Source of the DNA: an uncultured Candidatus Peribacteria bacterium
Lineage (GTDB): Bacteria; Patescibacteriota; Gracilibacteria; Absconditabacterales; Absconditicoccaceae
DNA: 55,447 nucleotides
Assembly (NCBI GenBank): GCA_964367985.1
Contig: CAYIZS010000001.1
Span: 1 to 55,447 of the forward strand
Reading direction: 5' to 3'
A program made the translations under genes and the position numbers. How positions within the stretch are numbered: position 1 is the stretch's first letter; each line of letters starts with the position of its first letter. Positions 10,997-20,881 of the stretch are shown here, piece after piece. Under the pieces are notes generated by a model, which was given only the letters and a program-made list of their open reading frames with translations, made no database searches and had not been told where the DNA came from.

Positions 10997-11036
10997 ATTT
11001 TTATCATTTGGAAGATAAAAAAACTACTAATGTAAG

Positions 11037-12686
11037 CTAACCTTCTAATTCATTTTCTAGTTTATCTTCTGTTTGATTTCTCAATTTCATGAGAGGAAAC
11101 ATTACTACATCTCTCAGGTTATCTTGTCCAGTCAAAATCGCTAAAATCCTCTCTAATCCCATACCAAATCCACTTTGTGGAGGCATTCCATATTCCATTG
11201 CCTCAACAAAACTATCATCTCCACTCGTTGCCTCATCATCCCCCTTAGCTGCAGCTTCTGCCTGTTTGTCAAAATTTGCTTGCTGGAGCAAGGGATCTAC
11301 CAACTCAGAATATGCTTTACAGATTTCCCATCCATTCACCAACAGCTGAAACTGTTCTACAATCTGAGCATCTGCATCTGCAGTCCTAGCAAGTGGCTGC
11401 ATAATCACTGGATAATTGTAGATAAAAGCAGGACCAATGATTTTTGGTCTCAATACTTTTTTATAAAGATAGTCAATCAAAGTAGTCGTTCCCATAACAT
11501 CCATTCCTTCAAATTCTACTCCTTTTGCACGGATATCCGATCTCAGTTGTGCTACATCTGCAATTCCATATTGAGTGATATCTATCCCAGAAGCATCTAG
11601 GATTCATTTGGTATAATCAATTCTTTCTCGAGGAGTGGTGAAATCCACGTCTCTCACCACCCCATCCTTGTCTTTTACTTTGAGGATTTTTGACACTCCT
11701 AGTTCCTCAAAAAGGTAATCAAACATCTCCTCAGCAAAGCGCATATTATCCTCATAGTTTCGATAGACTGCATAGTGCTCTACCTGAGTAAACTCTTGGA
11801 GATGAGAAGGGTCAGATCCCTCATTTCTAAAATCCTGACCAATTTCAAACACTCTCTCAAATCTTCCTACCGTAGCTTTTTTGAGGGAAGTTTCAAATGC
11901 AATCCTGAGATACATATCAGTATCATAATCATTATGATGGGTAACAAAAGGCCTCGCTGCGGCACCAGAAGCAGCATTATCCAAGATTGGAGTTTGAATC
12001 TCTATAAATCCACGACTCTGATAAAATGCTCTCAAAGTCTGATAAAATTTGGACTTAAAGAGAAATCTCTGATAAGTCTCAGGATTCATGGTCATATCCA
12101 AATATCTTTTTCTATACAGTTCTTCTTGATCACTCAAGCCATGAAATTTTTCTGGTAAAGGTCTGATTGCTTTAGTCAAAAATTTGAATGCTGAGACAAA
12201 AATCGTGAGCTCACCTTTATGAGTTTTGAATACTTCTCCCTCTACTCCGATAAAATCTCCCATATCTACCATTTTTTCCATAAATTTATAAGCTGACATC
12301 TTGCTACCTTCTGCCTCTAGATCCTCCAACTCTGTGAGCAAAACATCCTCCATCGTGCCATCAGAATTTTTCTGAGTTTGATAAATCTGACAGTGGTCTC
12401 TATGAAACATCAACTGAATCTGTGCTGTACTATCCAAAATTCTTGCAAAAGAAAGTTTTCCATGACTACGATAAAGCATTACTCTCCCAGCTGTTTTTAC
12501 CTGAATCTGAGGATTCTGGACTACCTCTTCGCTCTCACGTAAAGATTTATCTGAGTACTGCTTTATAATATCTTGGATCAAATCCTTTTTTTCAAAACTT
12601 TGAGCATAAGGATGGATACCCATCTTGAGCATTTTCTGGGTTTTTTGAATTCTCACCTCTCTTTCAGTCAATTGATGCTGTGTCAT
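11037..12686 (-). CDS. lysS: lysine--tRNA ligase, class II (549 aa)
   Basis: Track fragments 11037..11504 and 11604..12758 are in one frame separated by TGA 11604-11606, with no TAA/TAG between them. Class II motifs present (FRNEG..., GMGLERI). ATG 12684-12686 preferred over the upstream alternative start. Confidence 0.9.
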
Positions 12687-12806
12687 TGCAATTGCTTCTA
12701 AAAAATATAAAATCCCAGTAAATATACTAATCCTGATATTCAATGCAAGCTTTCTCAAAGGATTTTCTCGAAATGATCAGATTTTACCTTGGTAGTAAAT
12801 AACAAC

Positions 12807-13343
12807 ATGTCGGAGAAAAAAAGAAACTTCAACAAACAAAATCTAGGATTTCAAATCCTCTGAATCTTTAGTTTGATAGTTATGATATTACTCTATTTCT
12901 TTTTTTTTCAACTAAAGAAAAATGATCAAACTCTCCAAACTAACCTTGCTCAAAAAAATATTTCTCAAAATCCTGAACAAATCAGCAAGTTTTGTTTCCA
13001 AGAATATTGTTTTGATCTAGAAATTGCAGATACTCTAGAAAAAAGAATGCAAGGACTCATGTATCGTGAGAGTTTAGATAAAGATAAGGGGATGCTTTTT
13101 GACTCTAAAGAAGAAAATATGCATTATTTCTGGATGAAAAACACCTTGATCCCTCTAGATATTATCCGAATAGATCAAAACCTAGAAGTAGTAGAAATCG
13201 TTTCTGCTCCTCCTTGTGAGCAAGATCCTTGTCCTAGTTATGGACCAGACAAAGCAAGCAGATGGGTTATAGAACTCAATAGCTGATCTGCCAATGCAAT
13301 TGGATTGAAACAGTGAAATCATTTAGAATTAATTTGAAATTAA
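12807..13343 (+). CDS. DUF192-family protein (178 aa)
   Basis: ATG 12807. In-frame TGA at 12861, 13284, 13314 and 13335; TAA at 13341-13343. Pattern GLMYRESL..GMLF...FWMKNTLIPLDIIRID....VIELN[G]SANAIGLKQ[G] matches the DUF192 (COG1430) layout. Confidence 0.65.
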
Positions 13344-13414
13344 AAAAAGCTCCAACAAGTGGGGCTTTTGTGCAGAGCTGATAAATTCGCTCAGTTCAGA
13401 CAGAGAATTTGATT

Positions 13415-13488
13415 AGGCGCCTATGGGATTTGAACCCATGAACCGAGGTTTTGCAGACCTGTACAATAGACCGCTCTGTCAAGGCGCC
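13415..13488 (-). tRNA. tRNA-Cys (anticodon GCA)
   Basis: Hand-folded cloverleaf: acceptor GGCGCCT/AGGCGCC, D stem ACAG/TTGT, anticodon stem-loop CAGGT-CTGCAAA-ACCTC, T arm ATGGG-TTCAAAT-CCCAT. Discriminator U, as expected for Cys. No encoded CCA. Confidence 0.85.
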
Positions 13489-13587
13489 TCATCTTTGAAT
13501 GTAGTTAATTTGTCCTCAAAAGCAAGTGAAAATAAAATTACTTGCAAAGGCAAGAGCTTTTCCTATTTTAGGGTCAAGCCTATTTTC

Positions 13588-13635
13588 TCAAGAAAAATAT
13601 CAAGAAAAATATCAAGAAAAATATCAAAAAAAATC
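13588..13635. repeat. 12-nt tandem repeat (TCAAGAAAAATA x3 plus a degenerate 4th copy)
   Basis: Read directly: tcaagaaaaata at 13588, 13600 and 13612, then tcaaaaaaaatc. It is intergenic and ends 25 nt before the glycosyltransferase ATG. Confidence 0.8.
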
Positions 13636-13660
13636 TTCCATTTTATCTCAAAAAATCTAA

Positions 13661-14788
13661 ATGAAACTAGCCTTTATCAATTGTCGGACCATGCCTGGAG
13701 GGGTACTCAATGTGCTAGAAGACTGGATCCAACAAGAAATAAAACACCATGGTCCAGATAGTGAAATCCAACTTTTTACTCTCATTTCAGATTTTGAATC
13801 TCTAAAAATCCCGATCCCAGGAGGAAATGGGAAATATTATGAAGTTAAAATCATAGAAACGCTCCCAAAATGGATCAACCAAATATTTCTTTTTTTTAGC
13901 AAAAGGAAGGTGCCTTTATTGTCTGGAATTTTTGACTATCGCAATTTGATTGTCTTTTATCCTCTACTTATGAAACTCCTCTCTTTCAAAGTAAAAAAAC
14001 AAAAACCTGATCAGATTTTTATCTCTTCTTTTGCTATTGCAAAAAACATTACTCCTCTCCAAGGAATCCCTACTACGCTCTATCTCCACTCCCCCATGCA
14101 ATATATCCGATCACATTATGAAGAATATCTTGCTAAATTTCATGGATGGAAAAAATGGCTTTTTCAAAAAATCACTCCTAGACTCAGAAAATGGGATCAA
14201 AAATACACTCAATTTGATAAAGTATATAGTAACAGTCATTACACTCAGCAATGAGCACTAGAGCTCTATGGAATCGAATCCGAAGTGAAATACCCAAAAA
14301 TTAGAGATGAATTTTATTTTGGAGGGATTAGCCAACAACCATCAGAATATTTTGTCTTTGTAGGGAGATTGGTCAATTTTGTCAGAGAAGCAAAATTGAT
14401 TGTAGAACTTTTCAATAAACTCAAACTTCCTCTCATTATGATTGGTAATGGTCCAGATGAGGTTGAGCTTAAAGCACTCGCTAGAGATACAATCATCTTT
14501 ACGGGTTGGAATCCTGAAGGGATGCTCGATATCATCAAAAATGCCAAAGGACTCATCAATCTCACCAAAGAAAGTTTTGGAATCTGAACGGTAGAAGCAT
14601 TACTCCTAGGAGTACCAGTACTTGGCTACGCACAAGGAGCTACAACCGAACTGGTCGATGCAGAATCTGGAATTTTGGTCAAAGATAAAAAAATAGAAAC
14701 TCTAGAACAAGCAATGCAATCATTCAGTCAAAGAAAATGGGATAGGAAACAAATTTCCGAAAATATTAGATGAAAAATAGGGAAATAA
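13661..14788 (+). CDS. glycosyltransferase, GT-B fold (GT4-like), 375 aa
   Basis: Track fragments 13661..14254 and 14285..14587 plus the tail are one frame joined by TGA at 14252, 14585 and 14771. C-terminal E-x-FG...VEALLLGVPV motif of GT4-type enzymes. TAA at 14786-14788. Confidence 0.7.
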
Positions 14789-14795
14789 AAAATAC

Positions 14796-14823
14796 TTGAC
14801 TTTCTAAAAAATATTATTATATA
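14796..14823 (+). promoter_or_regulatory. candidate sigma-70 promoter
   Basis: TTGACT (14796-14801), 16-nt spacer, TATATA (14818-14823), ~35 nt upstream of ATG 14860. Confidence 0.35.
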
Positions 14824-14859
14824 TATTACATATACAAAACATCTAAAAATAAAAAAAAT

Positions 14860-15261
14860 ATGAAAAAACAAGTTTTAATCATCTCATCAAGAAGAGAGTT
14901 AGGTAAAGAATTGGAAGAAGTTCTTAATAAAGACTTTAGAATGTCTTTATCAAACTCAGAAGCTTTAGAATTTAGCTTCCACTCAAAACAAGAGTTATTG
15001 GATAATCTCTTTAGTAAAGACTTCATAAATAGAAAAGAAGAAGTCATCAACCATCCAAGTATTATAATCTTCATCTGGGAAGAATATCATGGTGGTATTA
15101 AGAGAGCAATAAACTTCTGCAAAAAAAAATTTAATAGAAAAATATTTCTATTAAAGGAGATTAAAGACTTTCTTGGTGATGATCTAGTACAACAACCATT
15201 AGAAAAGATTAGCGTCAAAGATCTAATACAAAGACTTCCAGACGAGATTTGGGAATCCTAA
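14860..15261 (+). CDS. hypothetical protein (133 aa)
   Basis: Clean ATG-to-TAA ORF bounded by a promoter-like element and a strong terminator. No recognisable motif. Confidence 0.5.
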   Translation: MKKQVLIISSRRELGKELEEVLNKDFRMSLSNSEALEFSFHSKQELLDNLFSKDFINRKEEVINHPSIIIFIWEEYHGGIKRAINFCKKKFNRKIFLLKEIKDFLGDDLVQQPLEKISVKDLIQRLPDEIWES

Positions 15262-15265
15262 TAAA

Positions 15266-15297
15266 AAATACCCTCTAAATTTTGGAGGGTATTTCTA
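15266..15297. terminator. bidirectional rho-independent terminator
   Basis: TACCCTC (15269-15275) / GAGGGTA (15285-15291) stem flanked by an A-run and a T-run. It sits between convergent genes ending at 15261 (+) and 15318 (-). Confidence 0.7.
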
Positions 15298-15317
15298 TTT
15301 AAATCAAAATATATATT

Positions 15318-17885
15318 TTAATACATCTTGTTATAATATTCATAAGATCTTTTTAGCATTTTGAGCACCTCTCCTCTTTTTTCTGTCCTTTTAGGATTAG
15401 CTACATCATGATCCATAATATTCGCTGCTCTCAGACTTTTGATATGCTCTACATAGTAATAGGTATTATCATTATTATTAAACGTTTCATTCCAAAGCAA
15501 CCTAGAAAGCAAGGTAGCAAATTGTGCTCTGGAAACTTCCCTATTTGGCTCAAAAAGAGATCTCTTGGTAACTCCATCTGCATCATATCCCATTAGACCT
15601 AGCTGACAAGAAAGTTTGATATAATCTTTCATTTCCTGAGTCTGATCTCAGAGATCTGGGAAACTGCAAGTTTTACTATAATCTGGTTTCATATCTAGGA
15701 TTTGCATTGAAAACTCAGAAATCATTTTAGCCATATGACGCCTCAGTAGTGGTCCATCTAAATCTGCTTTTTCTATAGGACAAGCTGTTGTAATTTTGTA
15801 CTTGTAGGCCCAGAGAAAAGCATCAATCAAAGATTGAGAATAAGGAGCATTTGCTGGCACCGTACATCCTACATTTTCATAATTTTCTTTAGGTTTGCTT
15901 GGTTCTGTAGTTTGCGTTTCAGTTTTTTTAGAAGGAGCTGTACCACATTTCCCATCATAATAACTAGGAGAAAAATCTCCATCCGGACAATAATCTTTAC
16001 TAAAACCTCCTCATCCAGAACTTCCAGATTTTTTAATTGCTTCTACATCAAAAGAACAAATCTGAGTAAAGCTACCACTCAAAGTATTTACTACGGTCAG
16101 ATCAATTTTGTGAGTAGCCGCTGTATCAAAAGTATACTGATAAGATCCAGATAAACTTTCAGATCCTGAAGCATTTAAAGTCTGATTTCCATATGTAAGC
16201 AAGGTATTTTGGAATCCAGTAATAATTGCAAAGGAGAATTTCACACTCAAAGGAATATTTCCTGATTTAGGAGTTATTTGGAAATTCAGAGCATCACAAA
16301 CCGGGTATTCTAGCTGACAAGTGGCAGAACATCCATCTCAGCTTTCAAGATTTCCATCATCACACTGCTCCACATCCTCTACAACAAAATCTCCACATAC
16401 TGATTGGGAAAATAATAAATTTTGCGTACAAATCCCCGTCAGATTTCAAACTTCATTTTTTCCTTGCAAAGTAACGGTATAAGCTCCTCCTGTCAAATAC
16501 GTGTAAATTTCTTGATGTTCTCAATTTCAAAGGGCAATAGGAACAGATCCATCTCACCAATCAATACTTTCCAAAACTAGTCCTGTACTAGAAGCAAAAT
16601 TCGCTGTTACCATTGCTGGGACATAATTACCAACCACTTCTAGATCCAAATCTAATGTACTACAACTCGGAACTTTTCGCTGACAAGTGCTAGTACAAGC
16701 ATCTCAATCAATTCATGGCTCACATTGTTCTCATTCTTCAACAACATCATTTAAACATTCAGCAACAATAGAAAGAGCATTCGCTTGAGTACAAATCCTA
16801 CTAGAACTAGAATGAGAACTGTTTTGCAATACAAAAACTGGAGAATAGGTTCAAAGACTAGTATAAATATGATTTGCTGGAGATAGTGGAGGTTGAACTA
16901 AAGTACTACCATCTCATCGGTCTAATGAGTAAGCAGTAATTCGTGCTGGATGAGAAAAAGTAGCTGAAATCTGAGTTAAATTAGGTTGTCCTGTGGTTGG
17001 AGAGAAGTTTACTGTAAGATCTGAACAGCTTGGTACTTCTCGTTGACAGGTAGCAGAACAACCATCTCCATTCTCAGTACCTCCATCATCACACTGCTCA
17101 CCAGATTCAACTATTCCATTTCCACAGCTAGCACTGATAGTAATCTGAGGACCAGAACAATTTCTAAAAGATCCTGAATTATCACTATTTTCAATTCTAA
17201 AAGATGGAGTAAAGGTTCCTACTGAGGGATAAGTATGAAGAAGTGGAAAGTTAGGAGAATAATTTGTCTGTCAAGATCTCCAAGTCAATGAAGTTATATT
17301 TATCCAACCTGGTAAAGTTCATCACAAAGTTGCTGTAACGGTAGTTCCAGGTACCCCTGCAGTAGGAGAAAAAGAAAGATCTACAGAGGCACAAGAAGGG
17401 ATTTCTCGCTGACAAGTTGAGGAACAACCATCTCAACTACTAGTATTTCCATCATCACATTGCTCATTCCAAGAAACACTTGCATCCCCACAAACTCAAG
17501 AGACTGTAATTGATCAAATGAAACAATGAGTACTTCATGGACCAGATTCTTCTTTAAGTAGAATTGATACATCTATATTTTGAAAAGCATGAGAGTAAAC
17601 ATTAGTATCTGGAGATCATGAAGTACTTTTTCATCCAATTCAATGATTAGTTCCATATCGAAAAATGTCTGTAGCTATGAATCAGCTGTCTAAAAGCGAA
17701 TAATTCATTGTCAGAGTTTCTCCTATACTAAGAGAGCTTTTATCTAAAGAAGCAGAAACTAATGCACTACAGTCGTATATTTCTTGAGCATTAGAATATC
17801 CCAACAGAGACAAAAATACCACCCCCAACAAGAGTAGATACTTTATTCTTCCTAAAACAAAATTTCTATTCATAATCATTAGCAT
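15318..17885 (-). CDS. secreted surface protein (855 aa): signal peptide, 4x (PKD-like + Cys-rich repeat) units, C-terminal SLH-like domains
   Basis: Track fragments 15318..15632, 15648..15860, 16011..16250 and 17682..17885 share one frame. A codon-by-codon walk from ATG 17883-17885 to TAA 15318-15320 finds no TAA/TAG and ~23 TGA. Signal peptide LLLLGVVFLSLLGYSNA. PKD-like segments: SIDW[G]DGS...YTYLTGGAYTVTL. Cys-rich motifs: EQCDDGNTSS[G]DGCSSTCQRE (myxococcal Cys-rich repeat type). SLH-like: FPDL[G]DQ...GLMGYDADG...FEPNREVSRAQFATLLSRLLW. Confidence 0.8.
16318..17465 (-). repeat. four ~360-nt intragenic domain repeats
   Basis: The conserved DNA block ...catcatcacaytgctc... (encoding E-Q-C-D-D) recurs near 16365, 16735 (diverged), 17090 and 17455. 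Each occurrence is preceded by ...gacaagt... (encoding T-C-Q). Confidence 0.7.
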
Positions 17886-17912
17886 CTAAAAAAGGCTAAA
17901 ACAATCTCTTTC

Positions 17913-17940
17913 ATTATAATCTTTTTTCTTTTTTTGTCAA
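17913..17940 (-). promoter_or_regulatory. near-consensus sigma-70 promoter of the surface-protein gene
   Basis: On the minus strand: TTGACA (17935-17940), 16-nt spacer, TATAAT (17913-17918), ~28 nt upstream of ATG 17885. Confidence 0.55.
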
Positions 17941-18026
17941 AAAATCGGAAGTTTTTTCTTCATTAGACAACTACATCATAATTTGAGGAAAAGGATAGAA
18001 CAAAAATATCTAAAGACTCAAAAATT

Positions 18027-18055
18027 TTAGGAAAAAAATAAATTCTGACTATAAT
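18027..18055 (+). promoter_or_regulatory. candidate sigma-70 promoter
   Basis: TTAGGA (18027-18032), 17-nt spacer, TATAAT (18050-18055). The -10 lies only ~10 nt before ATG 18065, so the real start may be ATG 18095. Confidence 0.35.
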
Positions 18056-18064
18056 TGAGTAATC

Positions 18065-18520
18065 ATGTTTTTATCTTTTATAGCTTTTATCACCATGAAC
18101 CTCAATTCCTCCAACAATTCACTGACTACTAGTACTGCTACTCTCAATCATTTACTAGCAAAGATTGAAGGTACCTGCAATGCACTGATTAGTGCCCTTG
18201 AAATAACCACTGAATCTGCTAGTAGCTACGGAGGAGGAATGATACGACATTTTGAGAGTGAGTATGTAGATCAGATTATTAGAAATCTTCTCCAGCTCAG
18301 AGCTTATAGTCTCAGACTCAGACAAGAAACTCAGAAAGGACTCCTCCAATCCAGAGAAGATCTCCAAATTTTGGTAGAAGGAATGTATGATTTTAGCGAT
18401 AAATTGGACCAATTGATGCAACAAAACGGATTTATCAGAAATAATTTTCAATATGCACTGGATGAACTCAAAAATACTATTGGAACAATTTTATCAGAAC
18501 TCGTTCTCAGTGTTGAATAA
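18065..18520 (+). CDS. hypothetical helical protein (151 aa; alternative start 18095)
   Basis: ATG-to-TAA ORF followed by a terminator. No recognisable motif. Confidence 0.5.
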   Translation: MFLSFIAFITMNLNSSNNSLTTSTATLNHLLAKIEGTCNALISALEITTESASSYGGGMIRHFESEYVDQIIRNLLQLRAYSLRLRQETQKGLLQSREDLQILVEGMYDFSDKLDQLMQQNGFIRNNFQYALDELKNTIGTILSELVLSVE

Positions 18521-18561
18521 AGATTAAACCTGCAAACAAAAAGAAAAAATAAAAAAAAATA

Positions 18562-18589
18562 AAGATCCTGATTTTGGGGTCTTTTTTTT
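18562..18589 (+). terminator. rho-independent terminator
   Basis: AAGATCC-TGATTTT-GGGGTCTT hairpin (one G-U pair) followed by T8. Confidence 0.6.
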
Positions 18590-18677
18590 ATTTAATATAA
18601 AATCTCAAATAAGTAGTTGTTTTTTTCTCTTGAATAACTAGGCTAAAGTTAGAATCAATTTAGCTCTTTTTGAGAAA

Positions 18678-19745
18678 ATGTTACTATTAGTTATTATTAT
18701 CCTTGGATTGGGACTCCTATATTTTTTTACAATGTGGAGTCAACTCCCCTTCCTCTGAGAATTGGCAGTCAGTTTTTTCCCTTTAGGAATGCCAATCATT
18801 CTCATTGGACTCTTTATCAGTCTCCGAAACTTATGGAAAAAACTTTACAAAAGACCGACCACCCCTCGCCCTCTAGAAAAATATTCAATTTTCTTTGTTT
18901 TAGCTTTTGGGGGACTTTTTTTGCTATATTCTCATACCATTCAAAATTTTTACCAAGTGACTAAATCAGAAGAAATTCAACAAGAAGTTGAAACAGAAGG
19001 GATCAAGGTACTCTTTGCAAATATCTATAAAGAAAATTCAAATAGCGAACAACTCCAAGCAATCATCACCAAGCACGATCCAGATTTAGTTTTATTTGTA
19101 GAATTTTCTGACCAACACAAAGACAAGCTAGGTTCGTTTATTGAAGCGAATTATCCCTACATCAATAGGACCAGTTGGTCTAAAATTTTTGTAGGAAGCG
19201 TTGTTTTTAGCAAATATCCAATAGAAAATTTAGCAGACGACTTTGAACAAGGAAGCCGAAGATATGCCTACTTTGCCATCGAAAAATGAGGAGAAAAATA
19301 CTATTTTTATGAAGTACACACCAGCTCTCCTACTAGCCTAGAAAACTTTCAAACAAGAAATCTCCAACTCACTAGACTTGCAGAAGATATCAATTCCCTC
19401 CACACTTCCACCAGATCAGAGGAAGCAAAAGTCTTGATACTCTGAGATTTTAACGTAACTCCTCGATCTCCCTACTACCAAAAATTTGCCCAGGATTTGA
19501 CAGTAAATTGGGATAATAAAACGAGAAATCTGAATCCTTTTTTTTCATGGAATGTGGGAGAGATGTTGCTCATCCATGATGATTTTGCAAAACTTTTACC
19601 CGCTAAAGTCAGATTTTTGGATTATCCTTTGAAGATTTTGGGGGCACATATTGATCATCTCTTTAGCAATACTCAGATCAAAAATCTAGAAATCATCCAG
19701 ATCCCAGGATCTGATCATAAAGGAATGGTCTTTGAGGCCTATTAA
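18678..19745 (+). CDS. membrane-anchored endonuclease/exonuclease/phosphatase (EEP) family protein (355 aa)
   Basis: ATG 18678. Track fragments 18762..19289 and 19497..19745 are in the same frame, joined by TGA at 18756, 19287 and 19443. EEP motifs VLIL[G]DFNVTP, HIDHLF and GSDH. Two N-terminal TM helices. Confidence 0.8.
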
Positions 19746-19800
19746 TTTTTTTATAAAAAAAATACTGTAAAATTTTCAGTATCTTTCTAATTTAAACATT

Positions 19801-19871
19801 CGGGGAGTGCGGGGATCGAACCCACAGTGTCGGTTCCGAAGACCGATGTGTTACCATTACACCAACCCCCC
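19801..19871 (-). tRNA. tRNA-Arg (anticodon UCG)
   Basis: Hand-folded: acceptor GGGGGGT/ACTCCCC (one G-U), D arm GTGT-AATGGTA-ACAC, anticodon arm TCGGT-CTTCGGA-ACCGA, T arm GTGGG-TTCGATC-CCCGC. Discriminator G. No encoded CCA. Confidence 0.8.
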
Positions 19872-20032
19872 AAGGGCAATCAGTTTATAACAAAGCTTTA
19901 TCTAAAATCAAGCAAGTTTTTAAATTTTTAATAACAATCCTGAAATTTTCTTCAAAAATTTGCTTTTTTGAGAGACTTTGATTATACTTGTAACAATATA
20001 AGAAACTTTATCTATTACAAAAACAAAAAACA

Positions 20033-20742
20033 ATGATAAAAGCAGTTTTTTTGACCTAGATGATACCCTATTTGATTATGAACAAGCACATCAAAAAGCA
20101 TTATCCATAACTTTCAAGAAAATTCAGAAAATCACCAAAATAAATCCAGAATTGATTCATCTGCTTTTTGAAATCGCACAAAAAGATGTCAAAAGACAAC
20201 TAGTAGGAACAGCCGCTTCTCACAATAGAGATCTCTACTTTCAAAAGTTTTTTGAAAAGATCAATGCGGAAACCAAATACAAAATTCAACCCAAAGAAAT
20301 CATCACCATCTATGATCTTTATCGAGATGCATTTTATAAAGCGATGAAAAAAGAAGTTTGGAGCAATAGACTCTTGAAATATCTCAAAAGAAAAGGGATC
20401 AAAACTGGAATCATTACCGACTCTATCACCTATACTCAGCTCAAAAAAATGGAAATACTGGGGATCTCAGATGATATTGATGTCCTTGTTACCTCAGAAG
20501 AAGTTGGAACAGAAAAACCTCACTCTGGAGGATTTATTCTTGCCTGTCATAAAGCAGGAGTACTCGCAAGCGAATCGATCATGGTAGGAGATAACATTGA
20601 AAGAGATATTGATGGAGCTCAGCGAGTAGGGATGAAAGGAATCTGGATCAATAGATACCACAAAAAAACCAAAGGAATTGAAGCATTTTATACTGTTTAT
20701 ACAACCAAAGAACTCTACGAATTACTCAAAAAATTGCTATAA
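20033..20742 (+). CDS. HAD-superfamily hydrolase with an apparent 1-nt frameshift in a T7 tract near the 5' end
   Basis: The only ATG (20033) reads MIKAVFLT* and stops at 20057-20059. The +1 frame from 20053 reads DLDDTLFDY... (HAD motif I) and continues into track ORF 20152..20742 (motif II GIITDS; motif III/IV VGDNIERDIDGA). One extra T in the run at 20046-20052 would give MIKAVFFDLDDTL. Confidence 0.7.
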
Positions 20743-20794
20743 CTCCCAGGAAACTCTACCAAACAAAAAATAAGAAAAAAGATAAAAAATAATT

Positions 20795-20821
20795 AAAACT
20801 CTGATTTTGGAGTTTTTTTTG
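20795..20821 (+). terminator. rho-independent terminator
   Basis: AAAACTC-TGATTTTG-GAGTTTT hairpin followed by a T-run. Confidence 0.55.
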
Positions 20822-20881
20822 TTTGCATCTAATCCATCAAATCATATAGTCATCATATCTTTATATCAAAGAAAAACAAAG

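Noticed and set aside
11037-12758. lysS, and likewise tig, aspS, rpsA, mraY, murB, rpoD, the Kef antiporter and others, appear in the track as 2-6 separate ORFs. This could be read as pseudogenes or frameshifted genes.
   Set aside because: All pieces of each gene are in the same frame and are separated by single TGA codons at conserved Gly positions. No TAA/TAG occurs in the joined frames, so they are intact genes under table 25.
16300-17470. Repeated ~360-nt blocks in the surface-protein gene as a possible diversity-generating retroelement (template/variable repeat pair).
   Set aside because: The copies are diverged domain repeats in one ORF, not a near-identical TR/VR pair with adenine-specific differences. 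No reverse transcriptase gene is in the window.
19801-19871. The tRNA with a GGGGGG 5' end as a candidate UGA-decoding tRNA-Gly(UCA).
   Set aside because: The anticodon loop reads CTTCGGA, so the anticodon is UCG (Arg). None of the three tRNAs in the window has anticodon UCA, so the UGA decoder must lie elsewhere.
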